64,000 nt of DNA from Candidatus Micrarchaeota archaeon (GCA_964643685.1 CAZXTN010000001.1:64001-128000), one strand, 5' to 3'. Positions 38,275 through 47,968 are shown, counted from the first letter of the stretch. The notes: a model not told the origin generated them from the letters alone. Made by a program: numbers and translations.

Positions 38275-39381
38275 ATGAAATTAGGGTTTGTTTTTGGCAA
38301 GAATTGGAAGCTTAGTTTGGCTGAACTGCTTGCTTTTTTTGAAAAAGAGGAAATTGAATGGAAGTTTGTTGACTTGACTAAGAAAGCGTTGGTTGTTGAA
38401 ACAGAAGTAGATCTAGGAGTAATAGACAAGCTTGGGGGAATTTTGAAGATTGTGTCAATTGAAGAGGAGTTCAGTTTCAGTGATTTAAAGAAACAGGATT
38501 TTGGCGAAGCAGTTAATTACCCTATTAGCGTTTATGGCAGTTATAAGTTGCTTCATAACGTGCGTAAAATTTTCAAAGTGATTCCGAAGGATGGAGTGCT
38601 GAGTGTGCGTGACAAGATAAGGAAGAAATGGAGTTATGAAAGTGCTTTGATTGTAACTCCTGATGAAAAATGCTATTATGGAGAAGTTGTAGCTTATTAC
38701 TCCCCTTATGAGCAGAAGAAAAGGGATTTGAACAGGCCTTACAAGGATTACTTAACAATCTCGCCTTCAAGGGCGATGATTTTAGTGAATTTAAGCAGGG
38801 CGAAGAAGAACTTATTGGATCCTTTTTGCGGTTTGGGAACAATTGCAATGGAGGCTATTGTGCTTGGCATTAAGAATATTTACATAAGTGACATTGACAA
38901 GAAAGTGTTAAGCAAGGCGAAGTCTAATTTAAAGTGGGCACAGAAGGAGTATGGTAAGATAAGCGTGCATGCTAAAGCAATGGATGCGCGTAACATGGAT
39001 TACAGGGGAATTGAGGCTATTGCAACTGAACCTTATTTGGGACCTGCTTTGAAAGAGAAGCCGAGCAAGAGAGATGCTGAGAAGATAGCAAAGCATTTGG
39101 AGGATTTGTATAGGAAGTTTTTCAACTCTGCTTATGATGTTTTGAAAAAAGATGGAAAGGTTGCTATTGTTTTTCCCGTGTTTAATGCTAAGAGAAGCAA
39201 GGTTTTTGTGAACAAGTTTTTCCCTGGTTTTGAGGTTGTTTATCCTTTTGATTCTATTCCTAAGAGGTACAGGGAAAGTTTAAAATTAACAAATCCTTTC
39301 ATTACAGATGAAGAGAGGGAAAAAGGCAAAGTTAGGAATGTAATAAGGGAGTTTTGCGTTTACAAAGTGAAAAAAAAGTAA
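38275..39381 (+). CDS. Trm11/TrmG10-like (UPF0020) tRNA methyltransferase
   Basis: LSLAEL, LGGILKI, LLDPFCGLGTI, IATEPYLGP. ATG at 38275 preferred. Confidence 0.85.
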   Translation: MKLGFVFGKNWKLSLAELLAFFEKEEIEWKFVDLTKKALVVETEVDLGVIDKLGGILKIVSIEEEFSFSDLKKQDFGEAVNYPISVYGSYKLLHNVRKIFKVIPKDGVLSVRDKIRKKWSYESALIVTPDEKCYYGEVVAYYSPYEQKKRDLNRPYKDYLTISPSRAMILVNLSRAKKNLLDPFCGLGTIAMEAIVLGIKNIYISDIDKKVLSKAKSNLKWAQKEYGKISVHAKAMDARNMDYRGIEAIATEPYLGPALKEKPSKRDAEKIAKHLEDLYRKFFNSAYDVLKKDGKVAIVFPVFNAKRSKVFVNKFFPGFEVVYPFDSIPKRYRESLKLTNPFITDEEREKGKVRNVIREFCVYKVKKK

Positions 39382-39397
39382 AGGGATGATGAGTTAA

Positions 39398-41635
39398 ATG
39401 AAGTACTTGAAATTTTTCGATGAGATTAGAAAAACAGATGTGGCAATAGTTGGAGGAAAATCAGCTAACCTTGGGGAAATGACTTCGCAGGTAATGGTTC
39501 CAGTGCCCTTTGGTTTCGCAACTACAAGCGACGCTTATTGGAAATTCATAAATGAAAACAAGCTGTGGCCGAAAATAGAAAGGGAGCTTAGGAAAGTGAA
39601 AAAGGCGAATGACACGAAGGTTCTTGAAAAAGCAAGTAAAAACATTCAAAAATTAATAAAGTCAGGAAAAATGCCTGTTGAAATGGAAAAAGAAATAATA
39701 CAGGCGTATAAGCAGATTGGCGGCGGTTTTGTTTCAGTGCGTTCATCTGCAACAGCAGAGGATTTGCCAGGAGCAAGTTTTGCAGGGCAACAGGAAACAT
39801 ACCTAAACGTAAAAGGAGAGAAGAAAGTGATTAAGAAAATAATTGAGTGTTATGCTTCTCTTTTTACAACGCGTTCTATTTTTTACAGAATGCAGAAGGG
39901 ATTCAGTCATGAAAAAGTTGCTTTAAGTGCAGCTGTTCAAAAAATGGTTAATTCAAAAGCAAGCGGGGTAATGTTCACTCTTGATGTGAGAAACGGGGAC
40001 AGGAGTAAGATAATAATTGAAGGAAGTTGGGGTTTGGGTGAATACATTGTCCAAGGAGTAGTGACACCTGATGATTACGTTGTTGACAAAAAAACAATGA
40101 AGATAGTGGAGAAGAAAATAAGCAAAGAAAAAAGAGTAATGCTTGTGCCTACAGCAAAAGGGGTTGAAGAAAAAAAAGTCCCTAGAAAACTGCAATCAAC
40201 TCCTGTTTTGACTCCGAAAGAAGTGAAGCAATTGGCTTATTATGCTTTGGAATTGGAAAAGCACTATAGAGTGCCACAGGATATTGAATGGGCTAAAAAC
40301 GAAGAAGGCCACTTGTTCATTTTACAAACTCGTCCTGAAACAGTGTGGAGCGAGAAGACAAAAACAGAGACAAAAAAGCTTAAAGGTAAAGTGATTTTGA
40401 AGGGATTGCCTGCTTCACCTGGTTTTGGAACAGGCACAGTGAGAATAGTTAAGGACATGAAAGACATTGACAAGGTGAAACCAGGGGACATCTTGGTAAC
40501 TAGAATGACTAACCCTGACATGGTTCCTGCGATGAAAAAAGCAGATGCCATAATTACAAATGAAGGAGGAGTGACTTCCCACGCTGCAATTGTTTCAAGG
40601 GAACTTGGAATTCCATGCGTTACTGGAACAGAAAAAGCAACAAAAGTATTGAAAGAAAAGCAGTTGGTAACAGTTGATGGAAACGAGGGATTGGTTTATG
40701 AAGGAGCAGTTGGAGAAGCAAAAAAACAACAATACAAGGATTACAGGACAAAAACAAAAATTTATGTTAACCTTGGAATTCCTGAAATAGCTGACAAAAT
40801 AGCAAAAAAACACGTTGACGGCGTTGGCTTAATGAGAGAAGAGTTCATAATAGCAACGTATATTAAAAAGCACCCTCTTTGGCTCATACAGCAGGGAAAA
40901 GAAAAAGAGTTTGTTGACAAGCTAGCTAAGGGAATTGAAAAGGTAGTGAAGGATTTCAAGCCACGTCCAGTCATACTAAGATTAAGTGACTTGAAGTCAA
41001 ATGAATACAGGGGCTTGGAAGGAGGAAAAAATTTCGAACCAGTTGAAGACAATCCAATGATTGGATGGAGAGGTTGTTCAAGGTACATCCACCCTGACTA
41101 CGAACCTGCATTCAGGTTGGAGTTACAGGCAATAAAAAAAGTTAGGAAAAAATACAAGAATCTTCACATAATGCTTCCTTTTGTAAGAAGCATAAACGAG
41201 TTGAAAAAAGTGACAGAGATATTGAAAAAAGAGGGGTTGGAGAGGAAAAAGGATTTCAAGCTTTACTTAATGGCTGAAATACCAGCAAACATTTTCCTAG
41301 CTGACTTGTTCTCACAGTACTGCGACGGGTTTTCAATAGGAAGCAATGACTTGACTCAATTAACTCTTGGCGTTGACAGGGACTCTGAACTCCTGGCAAA
41401 AATGGGTGAATTTGACGAACAAAACCTCGCAGTCAAGAGGGCAATAAGCCACTTGATAAAAACAGCACACAAGTACGGCAAAACAGTTGGAATCTGCGGG
41501 CAAGCTCCAAGCGAGTACCCTGAATTCACAAGATTCTTAGTAAGCAAGGGAATTGACACCATTTCAGTCAACCCAGATGTGATTGAAAAAACAAGATACA
41601 TCGTCCACGAAGCAGAGAAAAAATTAAAACGATGA
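39398..41635 (+). CDS. ppsA: Phosphoenolpyruvate synthase
   Basis: VGGKSANLGEM, VRSSATAEDLPGASFAGQQET, GGVTSHAAIVSRELG, FSIGSNDLTQ, GICGQAPS. Confidence 0.97.
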   Translation: MKYLKFFDEIRKTDVAIVGGKSANLGEMTSQVMVPVPFGFATTSDAYWKFINENKLWPKIERELRKVKKANDTKVLEKASKNIQKLIKSGKMPVEMEKEIIQAYKQIGGGFVSVRSSATAEDLPGASFAGQQETYLNVKGEKKVIKKIIECYASLFTTRSIFYRMQKGFSHEKVALSAAVQKMVNSKASGVMFTLDVRNGDRSKIIIEGSWGLGEYIVQGVVTPDDYVVDKKTMKIVEKKISKEKRVMLVPTAKGVEEKKVPRKLQSTPVLTPKEVKQLAYYALELEKHYRVPQDIEWAKNEEGHLFILQTRPETVWSEKTKTETKKLKGKVILKGLPASPGFGTGTVRIVKDMKDIDKVKPGDILVTRMTNPDMVPAMKKADAIITNEGGVTSHAAIVSRELGIPCVTGTEKATKVLKEKQLVTVDGNEGLVYEGAVGEAKKQQYKDYRTKTKIYVNLGIPEIADKIAKKHVDGVGLMREEFIIATYIKKHPLWLIQQGKEKEFVDKLAKGIEKVVKDFKPRPVILRLSDLKSNEYRGLEGGKNFEPVEDNPMIGWRGCSRYIHPDYEPAFRLELQAIKKVRKKYKNLHIMLPFVRSINELKKVTEILKKEGLERKKDFKLYLMAEIPANIFLADLFSQYCDGFSIGSNDLTQLTLGVDRDSELLAKMGEFDEQNLAVKRAISHLIKTAHKYGKTVGICGQAPSEYPEFTRFLVSKGIDTISVNPDVIEKTRYIVHEAEKKLKR

Positions 41636-41642
41636 GATTAAA

Positions 41643-42815
41643 ATGCTTGGAATAAGTAAACGTGCAGAGAGATATGAAGGTTCCCCAATAAGAAGAATTA
41701 GCTCCATGCTTGAAAAAGCAGGCAATGACAAGTCAATCATAAGCTTTGGAGGAGGCGCTCCTTCACTCGCACCACCTAAAGAAGTTATTGACTACGTAGT
41801 TGAAAAACTTAAAGCAGAACCGCAACATTCAACTGCATATACATCAACTCCAGGACCAACACATACAAGAGAACTTATAAGCGAAGACCTGAAAAGAGAA
41901 GAAGGAGTAAACATACCAGCAGAGGAAATAATTTTAACAATAGGGGGAACAGAAGCGCTTTACGTTGCTTTTCAAACACTCATTAACCCAGGAGATGAAG
42001 TGCTTACCACTGACCCTGCTTATCTCGGCTACAACGAGCCAATAAAACTAGCAGGAGGAGTTAAAAAAACAATTCCAATTTACTGGAAAGAAAACTTTCA
42101 AATAAAAGAAGAAAGATTGAAAGAGGCAATCACAAGCAAGACAAAAGCAATGATTCTAATTTCACCAGACAACCCGACAGGAGCAGTGCAAGAAGAAAAA
42201 AACTTAAAAGCAATTGTTGAAATATGCGAAGATAAAGGAATATGGTTGATTACAGACGACATTTACAAGCACATTGTCTTCGAAGGAAAGTTCATCAACA
42301 CCAGGAAATTTGGAGGATACGAAAACACAATAAGTTTAGGCAGTTTTTCAAAATCAGCAAGCATACCAGGTGTAAGAATCGGCTATGCTTACGGGCCAAA
42401 AGAAGTGATTAAAAAAATAAGCGAGTTAAAACAAGCAACTAGCTTGACAGCACCTAAACTAGCAACTCTTTTCATAGATAAGTTCTTGGAAAACAACGCT
42501 GAAGTTAAGAAAAAATACTTATCTGAAATAGTTGTTCCAACTTACAAGGAAAGACGCGACTACATGGGCGAAATGCTGAAAAAATACACTGACTTGGAAT
42601 TCGCCACTCCACAAGGCGCTTTCTACTACTTCATTGACATAAGCAGGGAAGATGAAAAATTCAGCGACGAGTTGCTGAAAGAAAACATTGTAGTAATTCC
42701 AGGAAAGTACTTCGGTGAAAAAGGCAAAAACCACATACGCTTAACCTTCGTCTCTGAAACAAAAGAAAGAATAGAAAAAGGAATAAAAAAAATAGGGGAA
42801 AAATTAGCCCATTAA
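41643..42815 (+). CDS. PLP-dependent aminotransferase class I/II
   Basis: SPDNPTG, DDIY, SFSKSASIPGVRIGY, HIRLTF. Confidence 0.93.
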   Translation: MLGISKRAERYEGSPIRRISSMLEKAGNDKSIISFGGGAPSLAPPKEVIDYVVEKLKAEPQHSTAYTSTPGPTHTRELISEDLKREEGVNIPAEEIILTIGGTEALYVAFQTLINPGDEVLTTDPAYLGYNEPIKLAGGVKKTIPIYWKENFQIKEERLKEAITSKTKAMILISPDNPTGAVQEEKNLKAIVEICEDKGIWLITDDIYKHIVFEGKFINTRKFGGYENTISLGSFSKSASIPGVRIGYAYGPKEVIKKISELKQATSLTAPKLATLFIDKFLENNAEVKKKYLSEIVVPTYKERRDYMGEMLKKYTDLEFATPQGAFYYFIDISREDEKFSDELLKENIVVIPGKYFGEKGKNHIRLTFVSETKERIEKGIKKIGEKLAH

Positions 42816-43463
42816 AATTACTCTTGTTTTTAAATCACTTGCTTCAACTAAAGACTTGAAACCACGTGCATTAGCAATTGTTTCTTTCAAAGTGCCGTAA
42901 TGCATTGGAATCACATACCTCGGCTGAAATGATTTAACTGCTTCAACTGCCTCTGCTTCATCCATTGTAAAAGTTCCTCCAATAGGCAACAAAGCAATAT
43001 CAATGTTCATTAAATTTTTCATTTCAGGTATGAAGTCAGTGTCCCCTGCGATGTAAATGCGCGTGCCATTCACATTAAAAATGTAACCATTGCCTTCTCC
43101 TTTTGGATGAAACACCTTCCCAGGCGCCCTGAACTTGTTAATATTATAAGCTGGAATTGACTCAATTTCAACTCCTTTAACTGAAAGCTTTTGAAAATTA
43201 GAAACAACTTCAATTTTTACTCCCAAGTCACTTAATTTCAAATTACAGAAAACAGGCGCCACAACAACAGTACCTTCCTTAATCAATTGCCTGATTTTCT
43301 CCTTGTCACAGTGGTCAAAATGCTCATGAGTAACAAGAATCAAATCAGCTTTCTCACAACCAGGAGTCAAAACAAAAGGGTCAGTGTAAACAACCAAACC
43401 ACTGCCTTTTATTTTAAAAGTAGCATGCCCAATCCATTCAACATCAACACTCATTAACTTCAC
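42804..43463 (-). CDS. MBL-fold metallo-hydrolase
   Basis: WIGHATF, THEHFDH, YIAGDT, VIPMHYG. Confidence 0.92.
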   Translation of the reverse strand: MKLMSVDVEWIGHATFKIKGSGLVVYTDPFVLTPGCEKADLILVTHEHFDHCDKEKIRQLIKEGTVVVAPVFCNLKLSDLGVKIEVVSNFQKLSVKGVEIESIPAYNINKFRAPGKVFHPKGEGNGYIFNVNGTRIYIAGDTDFIPEMKNLMNIDIALLPIGGTFTMDEAEAVEAVKSFQPRYVIPMHYGTLKETIANARGFKSLVEASDLKTRVILMG

Positions 43464-43580
43464 AAGACACCACCTTATTAGAAATTATATTTAATTTAAA
43501 TAAGTTAAAATATAAAAAACAATAAAAGAGCAACAAAATAAAAAGAAAAAACAGAACTGAAGGAGATATAAACCAAAAAT

Positions 43581-43686
43581 AGCCCTGTAGTCTAGTGGCC
43601 AAGGATGCGGGACTCTGGATCCTGCGACGCAGGTTCGAATAATTTTCGCTTTCAAAAGCGGAAAAACGAAAATCCTGCCAGGGCTA
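43581..43686 (+). tRNA. tRNA-Gln(CTG) with T-loop intron (59/60) at 43640-43672
   Basis: AGCCCTG/CAGGGCT, CGGGA-CT-CTG-GA-TCCTG, BHB central helix TTCG/CGAA. Confidence 0.92.
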
Positions 43687-43711
43687 TTCTCACTAAAAAA
43701 AAACAGGAAAA

Positions 43712-44302
43712 GTGAAAAAAATGGTGGACAAATACGAAGCACAAAAAAAGAGAGATGCTTTAGATGAAATAATTGCAAACGCTACACAAATAGAATGGGA
43801 AAAAGAATGGGAAGAAAGAGTTAGCAAAGAAGTTGCAGAAGCAAAAAAAAGAATAGAAGAAGAAATAGAAAAAAGAATAAAAAAAGGAGAACAACCGCAG
43901 AAAGTAATTGAAGAAATGGAAAACAAAATCCTCCCCAACGGAACAATACTAAAAGAAGAAAGAGAATGGATGAATCAGGCAATTGAAAAAGCCGAAGACA
44001 AAGCAAGATTAACAGAACAAGTAAGGAGAATAGAACAAAACCCAAACCTAAACAGGGACAAAAAAGAGCTATACAAAGTAGTAGCAGCAAGAAGAGTATA
44101 TCAAAAATGGAATAAAAAAGGAATGAACGCAAGAAATGAAACAGTGCCTAGGTTAGTAAAAGAAGCTGAAAAAGAAATTAAAAAGTGGGGCCCATTAGAA
44201 GCAATAAGGGGACCAGAAGAACAGGAAAAGGTAACAGAGTATAATAAAAAAAGAGAAAAAAAGAGAGGAGCAAAGAGAGGGAGTAGAAGGAGGCGTTTTT
44301 AA
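43712..44302 (+). CDS. Hypothetical highly charged helical protein
   Basis: K/E/R-rich ORF between two tRNA genes. Confidence 0.6.
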   Translation: MKKMVDKYEAQKKRDALDEIIANATQIEWEKEWEERVSKEVAEAKKRIEEEIEKRIKKGEQPQKVIEEMENKILPNGTILKEEREWMNQAIEKAEDKARLTEQVRRIEQNPNLNRDKKELYKVVAARRVYQKWNKKGMNARNETVPRLVKEAEKEIKKWGPLEAIRGPEEQEKVTEYNKKREKKRGAKRGSRRRRF

Positions 44303-44303
44303 A

Positions 44304-44630
44304 ATGAGTAAATTATTAGATAAATTTAAGAGAATAAGAGAAAGAAAAAGAGCAAGGAGAGAGGACATAAAGCGTATTGAAAAAAACTTAGGGAAAATTG
44401 ACAGAGAGATAAGAGAAATAGAAAATGCTTTAAAAGGCGAGAGAAATTTACTTGAAGAAAGAGGAATGAAAGAGGATATGCCTGACTGGATTAAAGAAAA
44501 AATGGAAAGTGGAGTGGAACAAGAAGTAATTGGCATAGAAGGGAACCCTTCAGAGGTAATTTTAGAACAAAGGTTAATGGAACTTAAGAGAATAAGAAGG
44601 GGATTAAGAGAGGAGTTAAGTAGATTATAG
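44304..44630 (+). CDS. Hypothetical charged coiled-coil protein
   Basis: GGAGG RBS upstream. The stop codon shares its last base with tRNA-Val +1. Confidence 0.6.
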   Translation: MSKLLDKFKRIRERKRARREDIKRIEKNLGKIDREIREIENALKGERNLLEERGMKEDMPDWIKEKMESGVEQEVIGIEGNPSEVILEQRLMELKRIRRGLREELSRL

Positions 44631-44736
44631 GGCCCGTGGTCTAGTGGTTAGGAAAGCTGGCAGTGGAAAAGCTGTGGTTTTAGCAAACGTCGCCTTCACA
44701 CGGCGGAGATCGCTCGTTCAAGTCGGGCCGGGCCCA
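44630..44736 (+). tRNA. tRNA-Val(CAC) with D-stem intron (23/24) at 44653-44686
   Basis: GGGCCCG/CGGGCCC, TCGCC-TT-CAC-AC-GGCGG, BHB helix GTTA/TAGC. Confidence 0.9.
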
Positions 44737-44826
44737 CTTACAAAAAAACAAAAACTGCTTCCGTCTCCCAGGCCCAACTTCCTATGGGCGATCGGACAAG
44801 CCACACAAGGTGCCTTAAAAAAAATT

Positions 44827-44901
44827 GCTTCCGTCTTCTAGCTCGGTCAAGGATGAGGGACTCTCACTCCCTCGACGCGGGTTCAAATCCCGCCGGAAGC
44901 A
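44827..44901 (+). tRNA. tRNA-Glu(CTC), intronless
   Basis: GCTTCCG/CGGAAGC, AGGGA-CT-CTC-AC-TCCCT, GCGGG-TTCAAAT-CCCGC. Confidence 0.93.
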
Positions 44902-44964
44902 CTTAAAAGGAATAAAAAGCAGTGAAGGGTTTAAATCAGAGAAGAGAGTTAAAGAGGTATTAAG

Positions 44965-45408
44965 ATGGTTGATGAATTAGATTTGCAGATTTTAAGTATA
45001 CTTAGGAGAGATGCTAGGTTGTCTTATAGGAAGATAGCTGAGGAGTTAGGAGTAGCTACGGGAACTGTTCAGAATAGGATACAGAAAATGGAGCAGGAGA
45101 AGGTAATCACTGATTACCATGCAGGAATAGATTTAAGTAAATTAGGTTACAACATAGCTGCGATAATTGGAATATGTATTGATAGAAAAGAAGCAAGCAA
45201 AATAGAAAAAAAATTAGTCAAGCATTCAAATGTGTTTGCTGTTTATTCAGTAACAGGAGAGTATGACTTGTTTGTAGCAACAAGATTTAAGACAATGGAG
45301 GACCTTAATAATTTTATAAGAAAGGAATTGTCAAATGAATCAATACTGAAAACAAATACTTTCATAATATTAAACATTTCAAAAGAAACATACACCTTTC
45401 TAAAATAA
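44965..45408 (+). CDS. Lrp/AsnC family transcriptional regulator
   Basis: DELDLQILSILRRDARLSYRKIAEELGV HTH, VTGEYD. Confidence 0.95.
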   Translation: MVDELDLQILSILRRDARLSYRKIAEELGVATGTVQNRIQKMEQEKVITDYHAGIDLSKLGYNIAAIIGICIDRKEASKIEKKLVKHSNVFAVYSVTGEYDLFVATRFKTMEDLNNFIRKELSNESILKTNTFIILNISKETYTFLK

Positions 45409-45426
45409 AGAGGAGAAGATGAAAAA

Positions 45427-45885
45427 ATGGCAGAAGATGATTATATAATATTCGACGCAAAAGTAGGCAAATGGATAAGCATTAAAAAAATAAAAATAAA
45501 ACCAGACACAGAAAAAGCAGACGTAGCAAGACTCCTGGCAAGCATACATGACTCCATGCACAGGAAAATATGGGACTTCTTATCAGAAGAAGTAAACTTA
45601 AAAGAACTTGACGAAATAGCATATGAAATAACAGGAGCACAATTCGACAAGAAGAAAAAAACATACGTCGTAAAAGGAAGAAAATCAGAAGCACAAATAG
45701 CAGAAGCACTTGCAAAATGCAACTCCCCCTCAACGACAAAAAAGATAACAAAGTCTCCTAACAAGTATTACTTAGAAATAGCAAAAACTTACTTGACAAG
45801 AAAAGTCATCGACTTGCTTGGAGTAAGAATAGAAATAGACCCAAAAACAATTGAAAAATACATGGAACAAAAAAGCAAACTATAA
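45427..45885 (+). CDS. Conserved archaeal protein, DUF2666-like
   Basis: F.AK.G.W...KK.KI...T...DVARLLASI N-terminal pattern. Family recalled, not searched. Confidence 0.6.
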   Translation: MAEDDYIIFDAKVGKWISIKKIKIKPDTEKADVARLLASIHDSMHRKIWDFLSEEVNLKELDEIAYEITGAQFDKKKKTYVVKGRKSEAQIAEALAKCNSPSTTKKITKSPNKYYLEIAKTYLTRKVIDLLGVRIEIDPKTIEKYMEQKSKL

Positions 45886-45951
45886 AAAAAATCCTTTAAC
45901 AATTTCTTTTAAATACTAAAAAACAAACAAAAAATAGATAACACAAAAAAA

Positions 45952-46133
45952 GGGGCTATAGGGTAGTCATCGCTTACATTAAAAAAAAAGCGACTATAAT
46001 GGTCCATCCTTCCGGCTTTGGGAAAATTCTTCTCAACAGAAGAATTTAAAAACAGCCGGGGACCCCAGTTCGAACCTGCAATGAGTAAACTCACTGAGTT
46101 TTTCTCTTGCAAGAGAAAATCTGGGTAGCCCCA
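45952..46133 (+). tRNA. tRNA-Pro(TGG) with three introns: D-loop 45969-45999, canonical 46023-46053, T-loop 46075-46119
   Basis: GGGGCTA/TAGCCCC, CCGGC-TT-TGG-G^A-GCCGG. Removing the three hairpin inserts gives a standard cloverleaf. Confidence 0.9.
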
Positions 46134-46187
46134 TTAACAACTTCTCTAAAAAGAATAAAGTTAATTAAACAGAATACACAAGGGTTC

Positions 46188-46262
46188 CTTCTGCAACTAT
46201 GTTTACTATGCGTTTTGCAGAAGTTTCTTCTGCAACTGCGCTTGCTATGCGTTTTGCAGAAG
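46188..46262. repeat. Two tandem 36-nt hairpin units (CTTCTGCAA...TTGCAGAAG)
   Basis: Units at 46188-46223 and 46227-46262, embedded in a degenerate copy of the tRNA-Leu(TAA) 5' end. Confidence 0.85.
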
Positions 46263-46303
46263 TGGGGGAGCTTGGAAAACTCCCATTAATTAATATAGAA
46301 CAC

Positions 46304-46424
46304 GCAAGGGTGGCGGAGCTTGGAAAACGCGCAGGACTTAAGATCCGTACACAGGTTTTCAAACCTACCGGTTTGGTTATCCTGTGTCTCAGTGACTACG
46401 AGGGTTCAAATCCCTTCCCTTGCA
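46304..46424 (+). tRNA. tRNA-Leu(TAA) with canonical intron 46343-46378
   Basis: GCAAGGG/CCCTTGC, CAGGA-CT-TAA-G^A-TCCTG, long variable arm. Confidence 0.92.
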
Positions 46425-46479
46425 CTAATGGGTTTTATGCCCATGGGTTTTGATGCAACTTTTGTCAAAAGTTGCGTTT

Positions 46480-46596
46480 AAATCCCTTCCCTTGCACTTT
46501 GAAAAAAAATAAAGGGACTAAGCGAAGCGCATGTCGCTGGATTAAATGCAATTTTTGTTAAAAATTGCTGACAATCCCTTCCCTTGCACTAATGGG
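46480..46596 (+). repeat. Two extra copies of the tRNA-Leu(TAA) 3' end (AATCCCTTCCCTTGCACT) at about 46480-46498 and 46573-46596
   Basis: Exact direct repeats of 46409-46426. Confidence 0.9.
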
Positions 46597-46620
46597 CTTA
46601 TGCTTAATGGAGTTAATTTG

Positions 46621-46773
46621 ATGGGTAAGACTAAAAAAGATTTGAACAAACAAATGCAGTCAATTAAAAAAAGAATTGCTGAGTTAGAGGATAAAGCAAG
46701 AAAAGACCCTTTGAAGAAAAACAAAGCTTTGCATGAAGAACTAGCTAAATTAAAGAAAAAATTAAACAAGTGA
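46621..46773 (+). CDS. Small basic coiled-coil protein (50 aa)
   Basis: GGAG upstream of ATG 46621. The ORF-track extension to 46546 runs over a tRNA-end repeat. Confidence 0.55.
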   Translation: MGKTKKDLNKQMQSIKKRIAELEDKARKDPLKKNKALHEELAKLKKKLNK

Positions 46774-46784
46774 AAAAGATAAGA

Positions 46785-47168
46785 TTAGATTTTTAGGGTT
46801 TTTTTAACAGCTTCTAATTCATTTTTAGGAATTCTCTTTTCAATTAAAAAATTATAAAAATCTACTTTAACCTTTCTAGGAAGCTTGTTAATATCCTGCG
46901 TTAAAAAGTTCCTCTTCAACCTAGTTTCTCTTAAAATTTGATTAGGATCAACTTTTGGAAGCAAAGTTGACATTGTTGCAAGATCTCCTGCTTCTCTTAT
47001 AGCAGAGTTGATGTCTCTCTGCATTTTTTCTTCTCTTAAATTCTTTCTTGCTTTTGAAAAAGAACGAGCCCATTTCCCATAAAGCCCCAATCTACCAGCT
47101 AAAGTAGCATCTTTAATTGCTTGACTAGCTGGGCTTCTACTACTCCTATTTTTACTTCTTGGTGCCAT
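46785..47168 (-). CDS. Hypothetical basic protein
   Basis: 127-aa ORF with TTTAAATA box upstream, divergent from tRNA-Thr. Confidence 0.55.
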   Translation of the reverse strand: MAPRSKNRSSRSPASQAIKDATLAGRLGLYGKWARSFSKARKNLREEKMQRDINSAIREAGDLATMSTLLPKVDPNQILRETRLKRNFLTQDINKLPRKVKVDFYNFLIEKRIPKNELEAVKKTLKI

Positions 47169-47225
47169 ATTCTTTTGTTAAGTTTTTTAAAGTATTTAAA
47201 ACCAAAACATAACAGAAAACTAAAA

Positions 47226-47407
47226 GCCTCGGTGGCTAAGACAGCAACAAAAACCAACTTTTTTGCTGTGGAAATGGTATAGCGCGTGCTTGGTAACTCT
47301 TTTGAAAAGGAAGAGACGAAAAGCACGAGGCCGCGGGTTCAATTCTGCGTTAAAAAAAATGAAAAAGAAGGAGTTTTTTTGCGCAGGTGAAAATCCCGCC
47401 CGAGGCT
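47226..47407 (+). tRNA. tRNA-Thr(GGT) with three introns: D-loop ~47243-47274, canonical 47296-47321, T-loop 47344-47393
   Basis: GCCTCGG/CCGAGGC, CGTGC-TT-GGT-A^A-GCACG, T-loop BHB helix TTCA/TGAA. D-loop junction is approximate. Confidence 0.88.
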
Positions 47408-47416
47408 CTTAACTAC

Positions 47417-47968
47417 TTATTCTTTAAGTGGAAGCAGTTCATTCAAGTTTTTTCTTTTGCCGTACCTGCCTATTGAATCATATGGCTTGCTTGCAGGTGT
47501 TTTTAATTCATGAAAAACCATTTTGCCAATAACCATTCCTTTAGTTAACACCACTTCAAAGGGACCTGAATTGCTGATTTCAAGAATTATTTTCCTTGCT
47601 TTTGGAATTCCATGCCCAGCGTGGATCAAAGGAGCAGTTTGCACGACACTTACCCCTACCCTAGCAAGCCCAGTGCGTCCAGTAATAAAACCACTGACAT
47701 CAAGAGGAATTGTAAATTTTTCAAGAGTACGTGCTAAAATAAAACTATTCGGCTTTAAAACAAAACCTTGCTTTGAAATACGTGTTTTTTTATAAAAAAG
47801 AGAGTAATCACTTACGCCTCTTGGATTTAACTTGCCTTGCTTGGCAATTGCTATTGCTGAATCCAAGTGAATCTTATAAGAATCAGGCTGCAAGTCTTTC
47901 TTGTTAAAAGGAGTTATTTTAAGCTTTTTAGAGTTAATTAATTCAAGAATGTCTTTATCAGAATACAT
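47417..47968 (-). CDS. dcd: dCTP deaminase
   Basis: YSDKDI, LQPDSY, FILARTLE, GRTGLARVG, IILEISN. Start at ATG 47968. Confidence 0.88.
   Translation of the reverse strand: MYSDKDILELINSKKLKITPFNKKDLQPDSYKIHLDSAIAIAKQGKLNPRGVSDYSLFYKKTRISKQGFVLKPNSFILARTLEKFTIPLDVSGFITGRTGLARVGVSVVQTAPLIHAGHGIPKARKIILEISNSGPFEVVLTKGMVIGKMVFHELKTPASKPYDSIGRYGKRKNLNELLPLKE

Noticed and set aside
46188-46262. 36-nt palindromic direct repeats as a CRISPR array
   Set aside because: Only two units separated by 3 nt, with no spacers and no cas genes in the window.
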